Assembly: GCA_963719225.1 (NCBI GenBank)
Contig: CAVRAY010000001.1
Coordinates: forward strand, 3,104,001-3,168,000
Direction: 5' to 3'
DNA: 64,000 bases
Source of the DNA: Thermoanaerobaculia bacterium
GTDB lineage: Bacteria > Acidobacteriota > Thermoanaerobaculia > UBA5066
Shown: positions 46,865 through 59,558 of the stretch, in pieces
Layout: each line of letters opens with the position of its first letter
Position numbering within the stretch: the first letter of the stretch is position 1
The notes under the pieces: model-generated
What the model was told of the DNA's origin: nothing
Databases searched by the model: none
What the model saw: the letters and a program-made list of their open reading frames with translations, nothing else
Program-made: the position numbers and the translations under genes

Positions 46865-46986
46865 GGTCTCTCCTCGCTTCTCGACGAGCTCTTGACCGCG
46901 GTCCGCGCCGTCAGTATTCTCCCCGCATTCTAACTGTTGGCCGCCGAATGGCATAAGCGTCTTTCTAACCGGAGGAAATCGTCGCG

Positions 46987-48098
46987 ATGCCGTCAGCTCC
47001 CGTTTTCAACCTGGACGCCCTGCTCGCGCCGATCCCGGGAGAAAACCCGAGCGGCGAGAACCTCCAGTACTCGGGGCTCCACGACGAGATTCGCGAAGCG
47101 CGCCGCGCCGACGACGACGTCCCGCAGGGCGACTGGGTTCACGAGCTGAAAGTCGCCGACTGGGAAAAAGTCGCCGAGCTCGCCGGCGAGAGTCTCGCCG
47201 GGAAGACGAAGGACCTCCAGATCGTGGCCTGGCTTTCGGAAGCCGCCGTGAGCATGAACGGATTCCCGGGCCTGAGAGATTCGCTGAAGCTCGCAAACGG
47301 GTTCCTCGTGAACTTCTGGGACACGCTGTATCCCGAGATCGACGAAGGGAACGACCTCGAAGCGCGCGCGAACGCCCTCGCGTGGATGGACCGCCAGGCC
47401 GCGGACGCGGCCCGGAAGATCGTGCTCACGAAGCGCTCCGGCACGAACTACAGCTTCTTCCAGTGGGAGGATGCGCTGCAGTACGACTTTCCGGCCGACA
47501 CCTCGAAGCTCTCGGGCGAGGCGCTCCAGCAGCTCGAGGAGAAGCGCGCACGCGCCCAGATGGAAGGAAAGGTCACCGGCGAGGAGATCCGGAAAGCCAA
47601 GAGCGAGACGCGACGCGCCTTCTACGAAGAGCTCTACGCGGACGTGGCCGACAGCACGGCGGCCCTGAAAGCGCTCGACAAGGAGATGGACGCCCGCTTT
47701 GCGCGCCAGACTCCGGGGCTCGGCAGCCTCGCGAAGGCTCTCGAGGCGATCCGGACCCTGCTCGAAAAGGTCGTCAAGGAAAAGAGGATCGAGGAGCCGG
47801 ACCCGTCCGACGCGGCCGAGGGAGCCGAGGGCGAAGCGTCGGGAGCCGCCGCCGGCGGGCCCGGCGGGGCCATTCGGGCCCGGGACCAGGCCCTCGCCCA
47901 GCTCGCGCAGGTCGCGGACTACTTCCGGAGGACCGAGCCGCACAGCCCGGTCTCGTATCTCGTCCAGCGCGCCATCACGTGGGGGCAGATGCCGCTGGAC
48001 GCCTGGCTTGGAGATGTGATCAAGGACGCAACGTTCTCGACGGTCTGCGCGAAACTCTCGGCCTCAAGGGCGGCGAGTCCGGCAGCACGGGAGCCTGA
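46987..48098 (+). CDS. tssA: TssA (ImpA-N, short type); frameshift near 48030
   Basis: LLAPIPGENPSG, DW, TKDL, FWDTLYP and FRRTEPHSPVSYL..RA..W motifs; the probable true end LRETLGL...GA* lies in another frame. Confidence 0.9.
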
Positions 48099-48109
48099 GG
48101 GAGGGGACC

Positions 48110-48650
48110 ATGCCGAAGAAAGAGAGTATCCAGCAGAAACTCAAGAGGGTCCGGCCTCCCCGCGTTCAGATCACGTATGACGTGGAGATCGGCGGGGCCA
48201 TCGAGATGAAGGAGCTGCCGTTCGTCGTCGGAGTCCTCGGCGACTTCTCCGGCCAGCCCGCCGAGCAGCTCCCGAGGCTGAAGGACCGGAAGCTGGTCGA
48301 GATCGACCGCGACAACTTCGACCAGGTGCTCGCGGCGCAGGCGCCGCGCCTGGCCCTTCGCGTCGACAACAAGCTGTCCGACGACGGCAGCAAGATGAAC
48401 GTCGAGCTGAGGTTCAACAACATCGACGGATTTCGAGCCCGAGCAGGTAGTCCAGCAGGTCGAGCCGCTCCGCAAGCTCGTCGAGGCGCGCCAGAGGCTC
48501 CGTGACATCCTCTCCAAGACCGACGGCAACGACAAGCTGGAAGCCATGCTGCACGGATCGTCCTCAAGAACCCGAACGCGCAGAAGCAGCTCGGCAAGCA
48601 GCTCGGCGTCGTGACGGACGAGGAAGGCAAGAAGGAAGAGGACCCCATGA
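48110..48650 (+). CDS. tssB: Sheath small subunit TssB (frameshifted in this sequence; end approximate)
   Basis: [14 protein letters not shown]...[14 protein letters not shown]; continues [16 protein letters not shown] in a shifted frame. Confidence 0.9.
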
Positions 48651-50153
48651 GTAAGAACCCCGAGAAAAAGGCCGAGTCGATCGTCCGAGAAGAGCAGGAG
48701 GCGGGACCTTCTCGACCAGATCCTCGAGAGGGGCGGCTGGCCCGCGACGAGGACCAGGTCGACCACGCCAAGGACATGATCGGCGAGTTCGTCCAGCAGG
48801 TCATGCAGGGACGAGGTCGTCGTGTCTCGAAGGACCCCGAGGCGATGATCAACGCGCGCATCGCGGCAGATCGACCGGCTGCTCTCGGCGCAGCTCAACG
48901 AGATCATGCACCACGCCGGACTTCCAGAAGCTCGAAGGCTCCTGGCGGGGCCTGCACTACCTCGTGCACGCAGACCGAGACCGGCACGATGCTCAAGATC
49001 CGGGTGCTGAACGTCTCCAAGAAGGACCTGCTCAAGGACCTCGAGCGGGCCGCCGAGTTCGACCAGACCGCGCTCTTCAAGAAGGTCTACGAGGAGGAGT
49101 ACGGCACGTTCGGCGGCGCGCCCGTTCGGCGCGCTGGTCGGCGACTACGAGTTCGGCAACCACCCGCAGGACATGGCGCTGCTCGAGAAGATCTCCAACG
49201 TCGCGGCCGCGGCGCACGCGCCGTTCATCTCCGCGGCCTCGCCCGAGCTGTTCGGCTGGGACAGCTTCACCGAGCTGGCCGAGGCCGCGCGACCTGGCCA
49301 AGATCTTCGAGACCGGACCGAGTACGCCAAGTGGCGGTCGTTCCGCGAGTCGGAGGACTCGCGCTACGTCGGCCTCATGCCTGCCGCACATCCTGATGCG
49401 GCTCCCTACGGCAAGGACACCGTCCCGGTCGAGGCGTTCAACTTCGAGGAGGACGTGGACGGCAAGCGACCACAAGAAGTACCTCTGGGGCAACGCCGCG
49501 TACGCCTTCGGGACGCGGCTGACCGAGGCGTTCGCGCAAGTACCACTGGTGCGCCGCGATCCGCGGCGTCGAGGGGGGCGGGCTGGTCCAGGGCCTGCCG
49601 GCGCACACGTTCCAGACCGACGAGGGCGACGTCGCGCTGAAGTGCCCGACCGAGATCGCGATCACCGACCGCCGCGAGAAGGAGCTCTCCGACCTCGGGT
49701 TCATCCCGCTGGTCCACTGCAAGAACACCGACTACGCGGCGTTCTTCGGCGCCCAGTCGGCGCCAGAAGGCGAAGATGTACGACACCGACTCCGCCAACG
49801 CCAACGCGCGGCTGTCGACGCAGCTCCCGTACATCTTCGCCGTCTCGCGGTTCGCCCACTACCTCAAGGCGATGATGCGCGACAAGATCGGCAGCTTCAT
49901 GTCGCCGCGCCGACTGCGAGCGGTTCCTGAACACGTGGATCTCGAACTACGTGACCCCGGACGACACCGCCTCGCCCGCAGGTCAAGGCGCAGTACCCGC
50001 TTCGCGAGGCGCGGATCGAGGTCGTGGAGTCGCCGGCAAGCCCGGCGTGCTACAGGGCGGTGGCGTTCCTGCGGCCGCACTTCCAGCTCGACGAGCTCCG
50101 GTCTCGCTGCGGCTGGTGGCCGAGCTGCCCAAGCCTCCGACGGAGGGGCGTAG
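48647..50153 (+). CDS. tssC: Sheath large subunit TssC (multiple frameshifts)
   Basis: Fragments across frames: [84 protein letters not shown]. Confidence 0.92.
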
Positions 50154-50262
50154 AGGGAAGCGCGGGAGGCGAAGGGTCGAGAGGACGCCCTCTGCGCTAA
50201 TCAGTCGGAGCCGGCCTGCGGCGACCCGGCCGCCCGGCCGCGCGAAGCGGCATGCCGAGCGC

Positions 50263-50747
50263 ATGTCCGATCGACAAGGAGATCCGGATCAACCTGTCGG
50301 TCCTCGACCGGCTGCTCGACTATCGGCCGGAGGTGAAGCCCGAGCCTCCCGCTTCGCGCGCAGAAGAGCCCTTCGCCAGGTGAAGCAGGCCGTCAAGCGG
50401 GACCTCGAATGGCTCCTCAACACGCGGCGGGTGCTCGAGGTGCCCGAACGAGCTGCCGCTCCTCGGCGACTCCATCGCTCGCGTACGGCCTTCCGGATTT
50501 CTCCAACGTCAGCGTGAAGAGCGCGGGGGACCAGGACGAGCTCTCGATGGCGCTCGAGACCGCGCTCAAGCGGTTCGAGCCGCGCCTCGAGGACGTCATG
50601 GTCACCGTCGCCAACGCGTCGGTGCTCGAACGCGCCTACCGGTTCAGGATCGAGGCGCGGCTGCGAGTCGATCCGGTTCCGGAGCCGATCTCCTTCGACA
50701 CGACCCTTCAGCTCGGGAGCGGCAACTTCGCGGTCAAGGGCGACTGA
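50263..50747 (+). CDS. tssE: Baseplate TssE (frameshifted)
   Basis: SVLDRLLD, VKRDLEWLLNTR, YGLPD and FEPRL motifs. Confidence 0.88.
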
Positions 50748-52607
50748 TGCGCAGCGACCTCCTGGAGTATTACGAGCGCGAGCTCGAGCTTCCTCCGCCA
50801 GATGGGAGCCGAGTTCGCCGACAAGTACCCGAAAATCGCCTCGCGCCTGCAGCTCGAGCCGGACAAGTGCGAGGACCCGCACGTCGAGCGGCTCCTCGAG
50901 GCGTTCGCGTTCCTCGCGGCGCGCGTGCGCCTCAAGATCGACGACGAGTTCCCCGAGATCACGGAATCGCTCCTCGGAATCCTGTATCCGACGTTCCTCG
51001 CTCCCGTGCCCTCGATGTCCGTCGCCCAGTTCGTCCTCGATTCCGAGCAGGTGAGCTTGCAGACCGGACAGGTCATTCCGAAAGGCGCGACGCTCGCGTC
51101 CGCTCCCGTCGACGGGCATCCCATGCCGGTTCCGGACCGCGTATCCGGTCACCATCTGGCCGGTCGAAGTGCGCGCCGCTCGGTTCGAGCAGGCGCCCGC
51201 GGTCACGATCGAAGGTCGCGACGCGCGGACGATGCTTCGCCTCGACCTGCACATCCTGGGAGCGGCCGCGCTGTCCGAGCTCAAGCGAGAAGTCGGTCCA
51301 GGGCGTCGAGCACCCGCTTTCGAAGCTCCGCTTCTACCTCCAGGGCGAAGGGAAGGTCGTCCACTCGCTCTACGAGCGCTCTTCAACGACGCGCTGTCCG
51401 TCGAGCTCCGCCCCAATTCGTCGGCTGGAGACGCCGCGGCGATCAAGCTGGGGCCCGGAGGCGCTCCGGCCGGTCGGTTTCGGCGAGGACGAGACGCTCC
51501 TGCCGACGCCGGACCGCCTTTTCCGGGGTTACCGCGTCCTCCAGGAATACTTCTCCTTCCCGGAGAAGTTCCTTTTCGTGGACCTCGAGGGGCTCGAGCG
51601 GCGTCCAGGGAAGCGCGTTCCGGACACGCTCGACGTCAGGATCCTCCTGGGACGTCCGTTCGCCGCCGAGCGGAGCGTCTCGGCGCAGACCTTCCGCCTC
51701 CACGCGACGCCGATCGTCAATCTCTTCTCGCAGATGGCGGAGCCCATTCGGGTGAGCACCTGACGCACGAGTACCGCGTCATTCCGAACCTGGGCCGACC
51801 GGGCGCGCACGAGGTCTGGTCCGTCGACAGCGTGACGTCGACGGGCGAAGACGTCGAGACCGTGCGGACCTTCCATCCGTTCTTCGCCTTCCGCCATGAC
51901 GCCGAACGCTCCGGACAGCAGGCCTTCTGGCATGCGAGCCGGCGCCCGTCGGAGCGCAAGGACGACGAGGGGACCGAGGTCTTCCTCACGCTCGTCGACA
52001 TGAACTTCGATCCGACCGTGCCGGATACGGACACGCTCACCGTGCACGTGACCAGCTCGAACCGCGACCTCCCGGCGCGCCTCCCGTTCGGGAATCCCGA
52101 GGGGGACTTCCAGCTCGAGGGACCTGGCGTTTTCACCGCGATCCGAAGCCTCGTGAAGCCGACCCCGAGCCTCCGGCCGCCGCTCCGGCGCGGGGCGCAC
52201 TGGAGGCTCATCTCGCATCTCGCCCTGAACGTTCTGTCGATCGTCGAGCGGGAGGGCGAGAAGGGTCCCGAAGCGCTCCGGGAGATCCTGCAGGCTCTAC
52301 GACATCTCCGATTCGTCCGTCACGAGGCAGCAGATCGACGGGATCTCGAAGCTCTCGGCGCGCCGGGTCGTCCGTCCGCTCCGCGACATCCACCCGGGAT
52401 TCGTGCGGGGACTCGAGGTCTCGATCGACTTCGACGAGCAGAAGTTCGTCGGGTTCGGGCGTCTACCTGTTCGCGTCCGTGCTCGAGCGGTTCCTGTCGC
52501 TCTATGCCTCCGTGAACTCCTTCAGCCAGCTCGTGGCGTCGACGAAGCAGCGCGAGGGCGTCCTCAAGCGCTGGCCGCCCCGCACCGGCGACCAGATCAT
52601 CCTTTGA
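50747..52607 (+). CDS. tssF: Baseplate TssF (multiple frameshifts)
   Basis: YYEREL, DPHVERLLEAFAFL, LQEYFSFPEKF, PIVNLF, WRLISHLALN, YASVNSFSQL and WPPRTG motifs. Confidence 0.92.
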
Positions 52608-53596
52608 ACGAGCGGCTGCGCACCCGACCCGAGCGATTCGGGTTCTTCCAGGCCGTCCGGCTGCTGGCGCGGCTGTCGCCGTCGCGCGTCCCGGTCGGTT
52701 ACGACGGGCCGCCGGGGAACGAGACCGCGCGCTTCAGGACCCGTGCGACCCTGGAATTCCCTCCCAGCGAGATTCACGACCTGCGAGTCGATCCGGACGA
52801 TCCGGACCGCCCGCCCGAGGTCACGGTGGCGATCGGAGGGACGACGGGCCCGCTCGGCGTACTCCCCATCCCCTATACCGAGCTCCTCATCGAGCGGGTC
52901 CGCTACAAGGACTACGCGCTCTGGGAGTTCTTCGATCTCTTCAACCACCGCTTCCTGTCTCTCTTCCACCGAGCCTGGCGGAAATACCGCTTCCCGCTCG
53001 TTTACGAGAGCGGCGGCGACGATCCCTTCATCCAGGGCCTCTTCGCGCTGATCGGCCTCGGAACGGGGAGCCTGCAGGGGCGCCAGAGCGTCTCCGACGA
53101 CGCTCTCCTCCTGTACGCCGGCCTCATCGCCCAGCGCCCGCACTCGGCGAGCGCGATCGAGGGAATGCTCCGCGATTATTTCGGTGTCCCGGCCCGGACG
53201 CGGCAGTTCGTCGGACAATGGCTGGACCTCGAGCCGGAAGACGCGTCGAGGCTCGGCGCCAGGAACAGCCGTCTCGGCGTCGACCTCGTTTGCGGCGACC
53301 ACGTCTGGAACAACCAGTCCCGCTTCCGGATCCGTCTCGGCCCGCTCGGATTCGCGTCGTTCCGGGCCTTTTTGCCGCGCGGAGACGCCTGGAGGCCGCT
53401 GAACGACCTCGTCCGGTTCCTCGTCGGCGTCGAGTACGACTTCGACCTGCAGCTCGTCCTGAAGAAGGAGGAGATTCCCGAATGTCACCTCGAGTCCGAC
53501 GCCCCGGCCCCGCCGATGCTCGGCTGGACGACCTGGCTCAAGAGCGCCCCCGCGCCCGAGGATGCCTCGGACCTGATTCTCGAGTCCATGAATTAG
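52571..53596 (+). CDS. tssG: Baseplate TssG (start CTG 52571 or TTG 52604)
   Basis: FGFFQAVRLL, G.LP..YTE, FFDLFNHR, WRKYR, QFVGQW and LGWTTWL motifs. Confidence 0.92.
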   Translation: MAAPHRRPDHPLNERLRTRPERFGFFQAVRLLARLSPSRVPVGYDGPPGNETARFRTRATLEFPPSEIHDLRVDPDDPDRPPEVTVAIGGTTGPLGVLPIPYTELLIERVRYKDYALWEFFDLFNHRFLSLFHRAWRKYRFPLVYESGGDDPFIQGLFALIGLGTGSLQGRQSVSDDALLLYAGLIAQRPHSASAIEGMLRDYFGVPARTRQFVGQWLDLEPEDASRLGARNSRLGVDLVCGDHVWNNQSRFRIRLGPLGFASFRAFLPRGDAWRPLNDLVRFLVGVEYDFDLQLVLKKEEIPECHLESDAPAPPMLGWTTWLKSAPAPEDASDLILESMN

Positions 53597-53638
53597 GATA
53601 AGAACCCGTCTCAAAGCGAGAAGAGGAAGGAAGCGACC

Positions 53639-56375
53639 ATGGGCGCGAATCTGAAATCCCTCATCGGCCGACTCAACGACACCTGCCGCAACGCACTGGA
53701 AGGCGCCGCCGGGCTTTGCCTGTCGCGGACGAACTACGACGTCGACGTGGAGCATCTGCTCGTCAAGCTGGGCGAAACGCCGGATACGGACTTCCACCGG
53801 ATCCTGCGCCGGTTCGAGATCGACGAGTCGCGGCTCGCGAAGGACCTCGTGCGGTCGCTCGACCGGCTCAAGACCGGGAACACGCGCACCCCGGCTCTCT
53901 CTCCGCGCCTCCCGAAGCTCATCGAGGAAGCCTGGCTCGTCGGTTCGATCGACTTCGGCGCCTCGAAGGTCCGGTCCGCGCACGTCCTCCTCGCGTTCCT
54001 CGAGAAGGACGAGTTCGCCCGCCTCGCGCGGGAGATCTCCAAGGAGTTCGCGGCGATCTCGGTCGAGGCGCTTCGCAAGGAGTTCGACAAGATCGTCTCG
54101 GGCTCGGTCGAGGATCGTGATGCGGCCTCGCTGAGCGAGGCGCCGTCCGGCGACGCGGCCGGCGGAGCGACGGGAGTCCCTGGCCGGACGAAGGCCCTGG
54201 ACCAGTACACCGTGGATCTCACGGCCCGCGCGAGGGCCGGTCACATCGATCCGATCCTCGGGAGGGACTCCGAGATCCGCCAGGTCATCGACATCCTCAC
54301 GCGCCGCCGCCAGAACAATCCCATCCTCACGGGAGAGGCCGGCGTCGGAAAGACGGCGGTCGTCGAGGGATTTGCCCTCCGGATCGCCGCAGGGGGACGT
54401 TCCCGGCCCGCTGAAGAACGTCGCCGTGAGGACCCTCGACCTCGGCCTCCTGCAGGCGGGAGCGGGAATCAAGGGAGAGTTCGAGAACCGCCTCAAGTCC
54501 GTGATCGAGGAGGTCAAGGCGTCGCCGCAGCCCATCGTCGTCTTCATCGACGAGGCGCACACGATGATCGGCGCGGGCGGACAGGCGGGACAGAACGACG
54601 CCGCGAACCTCCTGAAGCCCGCCCTCGCCCGCGGCGAGCTCAGGACGATCGCCGCGACGACCTGGGCCGAGTACAAGAAGTATTTCGAGAAGGACGCCGC
54701 TCTCGCCCGGCGCTTCCAGGTCGTCAAGGTGGAGGAGCCGACGGAGGAGTCCGCGATCATCATGATGCGGGGCCTCACGGAGCCCCTCGAGAACCATCAC
54801 AAGGTGCGCATCCTCGACGAGGCGGTCGAAGACGCGGTCCGCCTCTCGCACCGCTACATCTCGGGCCGGCAGCTCCCGGACAAGTCCGTCTCCGTGCTGG
54901 ATACGGCCTGCGCGCGTGTCGCGATCGGGCAGGCCGCGACACCTCCCGCGGTGGAGGACTCGCAGCGGCGGATCGACCACTGCGCGGCGGAGATCGGCGT
55001 CCTCGAGCGCGAGGCCGTCACGGGCGCCTCGCACGACAAGCGCCTCGCGGAGCTGAAGGAGCGGAAGGCCGCCGAAGAGGCGTCCCTCGCGAAGCTTCGG
55101 GCGCAGTGGGACGCCGAACGTGCCCTCGTCGAAAGGATCCGCGATCTCCGCGGCCAGCTCGAGGAGATCGCCTCGCCTTCGAAGAAGGGGAAGACCGCGG
55201 CGCCGCCCGCCGGCGCGAAAGCGCCGGCATCCGGAGCTCCGGCCGAGCCGGCGGCTCCCGCGGCACCCGTCCCTCCGCCCGATCCCGCCGCCCTTCGCGC
55301 CGAGCTCGAGAAGCTGAACGCGGAGCTCGACGCCATCCAGGGCGAGACGCCGCTCATGCAGGCGTGCGTGACGTCGCAGACGATCGCCGAGGTCATCTCG
55401 GGATGGACCGGGATCCCGGTCGGCAAGATGCTGACCGACGAGATCCACACGGTTCTCATGTTGAAATCGAAGCTCGAGCAGCGGGTCATCGGCCAGGCGC
55501 ACGGGCTCGAAGCGATCGCGAGCCGCATCCGGACCGCGCGCGCGAACCTGACCGACCCGCGCCGGCCGATCGGAGTCTTCCTCCTCGTCGGACCCAGCGG
55601 CGTGGGCAAGACGGAGACGGCGCTGACCCTGGCCGAGACGCTCTACGGCGGCGAGCGGAACCTGATCACGATCAACATGAGCGAGTACCAGGAAGCGCAC
55701 ACGGTCTCGTCGCTCAAGGGGTCGCCTCCGGGATACGTGGGATACGGCGAGGGAGGCGTCCTGACGGAGGCCGTGCGACGCCGTCCCTATTCGGTCGTCC
55801 TTCTCGACGAAGTCGAAAAGGCGCATCCCGACGTCATGGAGCTCTTCTATCAGGTCTTCGACAAGGGAATGCTCGAGGACGGGGAGGGCCGGGAGATCGA
55901 CTTCAAGAACACCGTCATCCTCCTGACGTCCAATGCCGCGACCGACACCATGATGAAGCTCTGCGCCGACCCCGAGACCGCGCCCGAGCCCGAGAAGCTC
56001 GTGGAGGCGATCAAGCCGGAGCTGAACAAGATCTTCAAGCCGGCCCTCCTCGGGCGCATGGTCATCGTGCCCTACTACCCGATCGGCGATGCGGTCATGC
56101 GCGAGATCATCAAGCTGCAGCTCGGGAGAATCGGGGCACGCCTTCTCGAGAACCACGGCGCGGCTTTCACCTACGACGACGCCGTCATCAAGGAGGTCTC
56201 GTCGCGCTGCAAGGAGGTCGAGAGCGGCGCCCGCAACGTGGACCACATCCTGACGCGGACGGTCCTCCCGGAAATGTCCGGCGAGTTCCTTTCGCGAATG
56301 GCGGAGGGGCGGATGATCTCGAAGGTGCACGTGACGGTCGGCGACGGGGGCGCCTTCCGCTACGAGTTCAGCTGA
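53639..56375 (+). CDS. tssH: ClpV/TssH AAA+ ATPase (one frameshift in the G run near 54392)
   Basis: [52 protein letters not shown] and ESGARN motifs. Confidence 0.95.
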
Positions 56376-56527
56376 TGCGAGTCGCGGACGGGCCTCGGTC
56401 GGACGCTCCCCTGCGGTATTCTTCGGCGTCGTCCGGAAGGAAACCACGGACGTGACTCGCGTTACAGCGCGAGGGGAACCCCAGCCCTACCTTTGTGACG
56501 CGTGCCGGGCGCGCAGAAGGGGACGCG

Positions 56528-57232
56528 ATGCACCATGACATCCTGAGAATGACCACCTCGACCGTCCTCGGATGGCCGCTCGGCGGACACGAGAGGATGT
56601 CGGCGGATGCCGCCGCCACGGCTCTCCTGCGGGCGGAGACCGGCGGCGTGCTCGGAGACGCGTCTCCCGAGCGTCGCGATCGGCTGCGCGAGGTGGTCCG
56701 GGCGATGTCCGGGTTCGTGCAGGTGCCCGACATGGACGGCGCCCTGACGGGAGGGCACTGGCGTGCCTGGGGACAGATGCAGCACTTCATGCGCGTCCCC
56801 GGAAGGACCGTGGCCGAGTCCTTCCGCCTCGCGAAGGATTCGCTGTGGGGCGCGGCCGACGCGGCGGTCTTCCAGTTCCGCAGGGACGATCTCGCGCGCG
56901 CCAAGTCGAGCCTGGGCCAGGCGCTTCATGCTCTCCAGGATTCGTTCTCGCCGGCCCACGTCAAGCGCGAGCCGGACGAACAGGGTCGGCTAGTCGTCAA
57001 GGATCTCTACGAGTACACCGCGCAGGATTCCAAGCAGCACGCAAAAGGCGACGAGACCTACAGGACCGGCGAAGGCGAACAGGGCCCCTATTCCGCCCTT
57101 GGAAAGGCCACCGTCCTCGCCTCGACGCTTCTTCTCGCCTACTTCATCCAGCGATGCGTGGGACGCGAATCCGACGCCGCCGGCCTCCGGCAGTCGCTGG
57201 ACGACACCTACCTGCGCGAGCAGGCCTCATGA
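56528..57232 (+). CDS. Putative effector with a Zn-dependent phospholipase C / P1-nuclease-like motif set
   Basis: W...GH near the N-terminus, QHFM, GQALHALQDSFSPAH and H...D; located between clpV and vgrG. Confidence 0.55.
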   Translation: MHHDILRMTTSTVLGWPLGGHERMSADAAATALLRAETGGVLGDASPERRDRLREVVRAMSGFVQVPDMDGALTGGHWRAWGQMQHFMRVPGRTVAESFRLAKDSLWGAADAAVFQFRRDDLARAKSSLGQALHALQDSFSPAHVKREPDEQGRLVVKDLYEYTAQDSKQHAKGDETYRTGEGEQGPYSALGKATVLASTLLLAYFIQRCVGRESDAAGLRQSLDDTYLREQAS

Positions 57233-57267
57233 GGATCGGCCGGTCATCGGCCTTCGAGGAGTGCTGA

Positions 57268-59512
57268 GTGGCCTACACGCAGGACAATCGCCGCCTCAAG
57301 ATCAAGACACCGCTGGGCCCCAACGATCTTCTCCTCAACGGCTTCGCGGGGCGCGAAGCGATCTCGCAGCTGTTTCACTACCAGCTGCGATGCGTGGGCG
57401 AGATCGCGACGAAGATCCCCTTCGAAAGCGTTCTCGGCGAACCGGTCACCGTGGAGGTCGCCCTCCCGGGAAACAAGAAGCGCTTCTTCAACGGCATCTG
57501 CGCGAGGATTTCGCAGGGAGCGCGGGATGCGACGTTCACGGGGTATCACCTCGAGATCGTCCCGAAGGCATGGCTCCTGACCCGGAAGACCCAGAGCCGG
57601 ATCTTTCAGCACCTCTCGATTCCGGACATCCTGAAGAAAGTGCTCACGGGTTTGCCCGTCACCTATGAGATCCAGGGGACGTTCGAGCCGCGCGACTACT
57701 GCGCCCAGTACCGCGAGTCGGACTTCGCGTTCGCGAGCCGCTTGATGGAAGAGGAAGGGATCTACTACTTCTTCAAGCACAGCGACGGTAGTCACCAGAT
57801 GGTGGTCGCGAACACGCCCGGAAGCCACTCCGACCTTCCTGTCAAGAGCTCCCTCATTTTCGAGTCCGTCGGCGGAGGGGCCCGAACCGAGGACCGCGTG
57901 AGCGCCTGGGAAAAGGTGCAGGAGCTGCGCGCCTCGAAGACAACGCTCTGGGACCACTGTTTCGAGCTCCCGCACAAGCACCTCGAGGCCGACAAGCCGA
58001 TCCAGGCATCCGTTGCCGCCGGCAAGTCCTCGCACAAGCTCGCCCTCTCGGCGAACTCGAAGCTCGAGCTCTACGACTGGCCCGGGGCCTACGCGCAACG
58101 CTTCGACGGCATCAACAAGGGAGGCGGCGAGCAGCCGGCGGAGCTCCAGAAGATCTTCACGGACAACAAACGAACCGTCGACTTGAGGATGCAGGCGGAG
58201 GCGGCCGCCAGCGTCCTCGTCAACGCGGCCAGCAACTGTCGCCAGGTCGTCTCGGGCCACAAGTTCACGCTCGAACGCCATTTCGAGGGGGACGGCCCCT
58301 GGGTCGTCTACCAGGTCGAACACGTGGCCTCCGAGTCCGCTGACCTGCGCTCCGGGGGAGGCGGGTTCAACTACCAGAACAGCTTCACGTGCTTCCCGGT
58401 CGCTCTGCCCTTCCGCCCGCCCCGCGTCACGCCGACCCCCGTCGTGAGGGGAACGCAGAGCGCGGTCGTCGTCGGGCCCAAGGGCGAGGAGATCTTCACG
58501 GACAAGTACGGACGGGTGAAGGTCCAGTTCCACTGGGACCGGGAAGGCAAGAACGACACCGACAGCTCGTGCTGGGTGCGCGTCGCGCAGCCGGTCGCGG
58601 GACGCCGGTGGGGATCCTCCTTCTGGCCGCGGATCGGCCAGGAGGTGATCGTCGACTTCCTCGAGGGAGACCCGGACCAGCCGATCATCCTCGGGAGCGT
58701 CTACAACGCCGACCAGATGCCGCCTTACCTCGGCGACGGCCTGGATAGCAAGCACAAGAACGACAACAAGTTGAGTGGGTTCAAGTCGAACACGACGATG
58801 GGCGGCGCCGGGTACAACGAGATGCGCATGGACGACACGAAGGGCAAGGAGCAGCTCTTCCTCCATGGCGAACGCAACATGGACGTCCGGGTGAAGAACG
58901 AGTCCATGGAGAGCGTCGGCAGCAACAAGCACCTGACAGTGGGCGGAGAGAAGGACGGGCAGACGTTTGGAAACTACAAGGTGCTCGTCCACAGGCACAT
59001 GGGCCTTCGCGTCAGGAAAACGTTGGAGCAGATCGTCGGCAGCACCATGTGGCTCACGGTCGGCACGGAGGGTGGGGATTCAGGCTCGAACATGGTTCTG
59101 GTCGTGAAGGGCAACCGCTACAAGCTCGTCGAGAATGAAGAACACGTTCACATCAAGACGGACCGGAAGGAAAAGGTCGACGGGGGACAGAGTCTGACGG
59201 TGGGCGGGGACCAGAACGAGAAAGTCCAGAACCATGCGCTCGAGGCCGTGCAGGAGATCCACCTGAAGGCCGGCACGAAAGTCGTGATCGAGGCGGGAGC
59301 GCAGCTCAGCCTCAAGGGCCCCGGAGGGTTCATCGACATCGGACCCGGCGGTGTCACGATCAACGGCACGATCGTCAAGATCAATTCCGGCGGCTCCGCC
59401 GGCTCTGGGGCTGGCGCGACACCCGGCGTCGCCCGACGACGCCGACGAGGCCAGGAAGCACGACCCGACTCCGGCAGACGATTCGAAGTCGGGCATGAAG
59501 TCATGTCCGTAA
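57268..59512 (+). CDS. vgrG: VgrG spike protein (frameshift near 59423)
   Basis: EAISQLF, QYRESDFAFASRLMEEEGIYYFF, DKYGRVKVQFHWDR, SCWVRV and PRIGQEV motifs; a shifted frame ends PADDSKSGMKSCP* at 59512. Confidence 0.95.
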
Positions 59513-59558
59513 GGAGACACGACCATGGCGGCCGAGAGAAGAAAAGGGCGGATAGGAG

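Noticed and set aside
54385-54400. Programmed frameshift or phase variation in clpV
   Set aside because: A short G run among many other indels; sequencing error is the simpler explanation.
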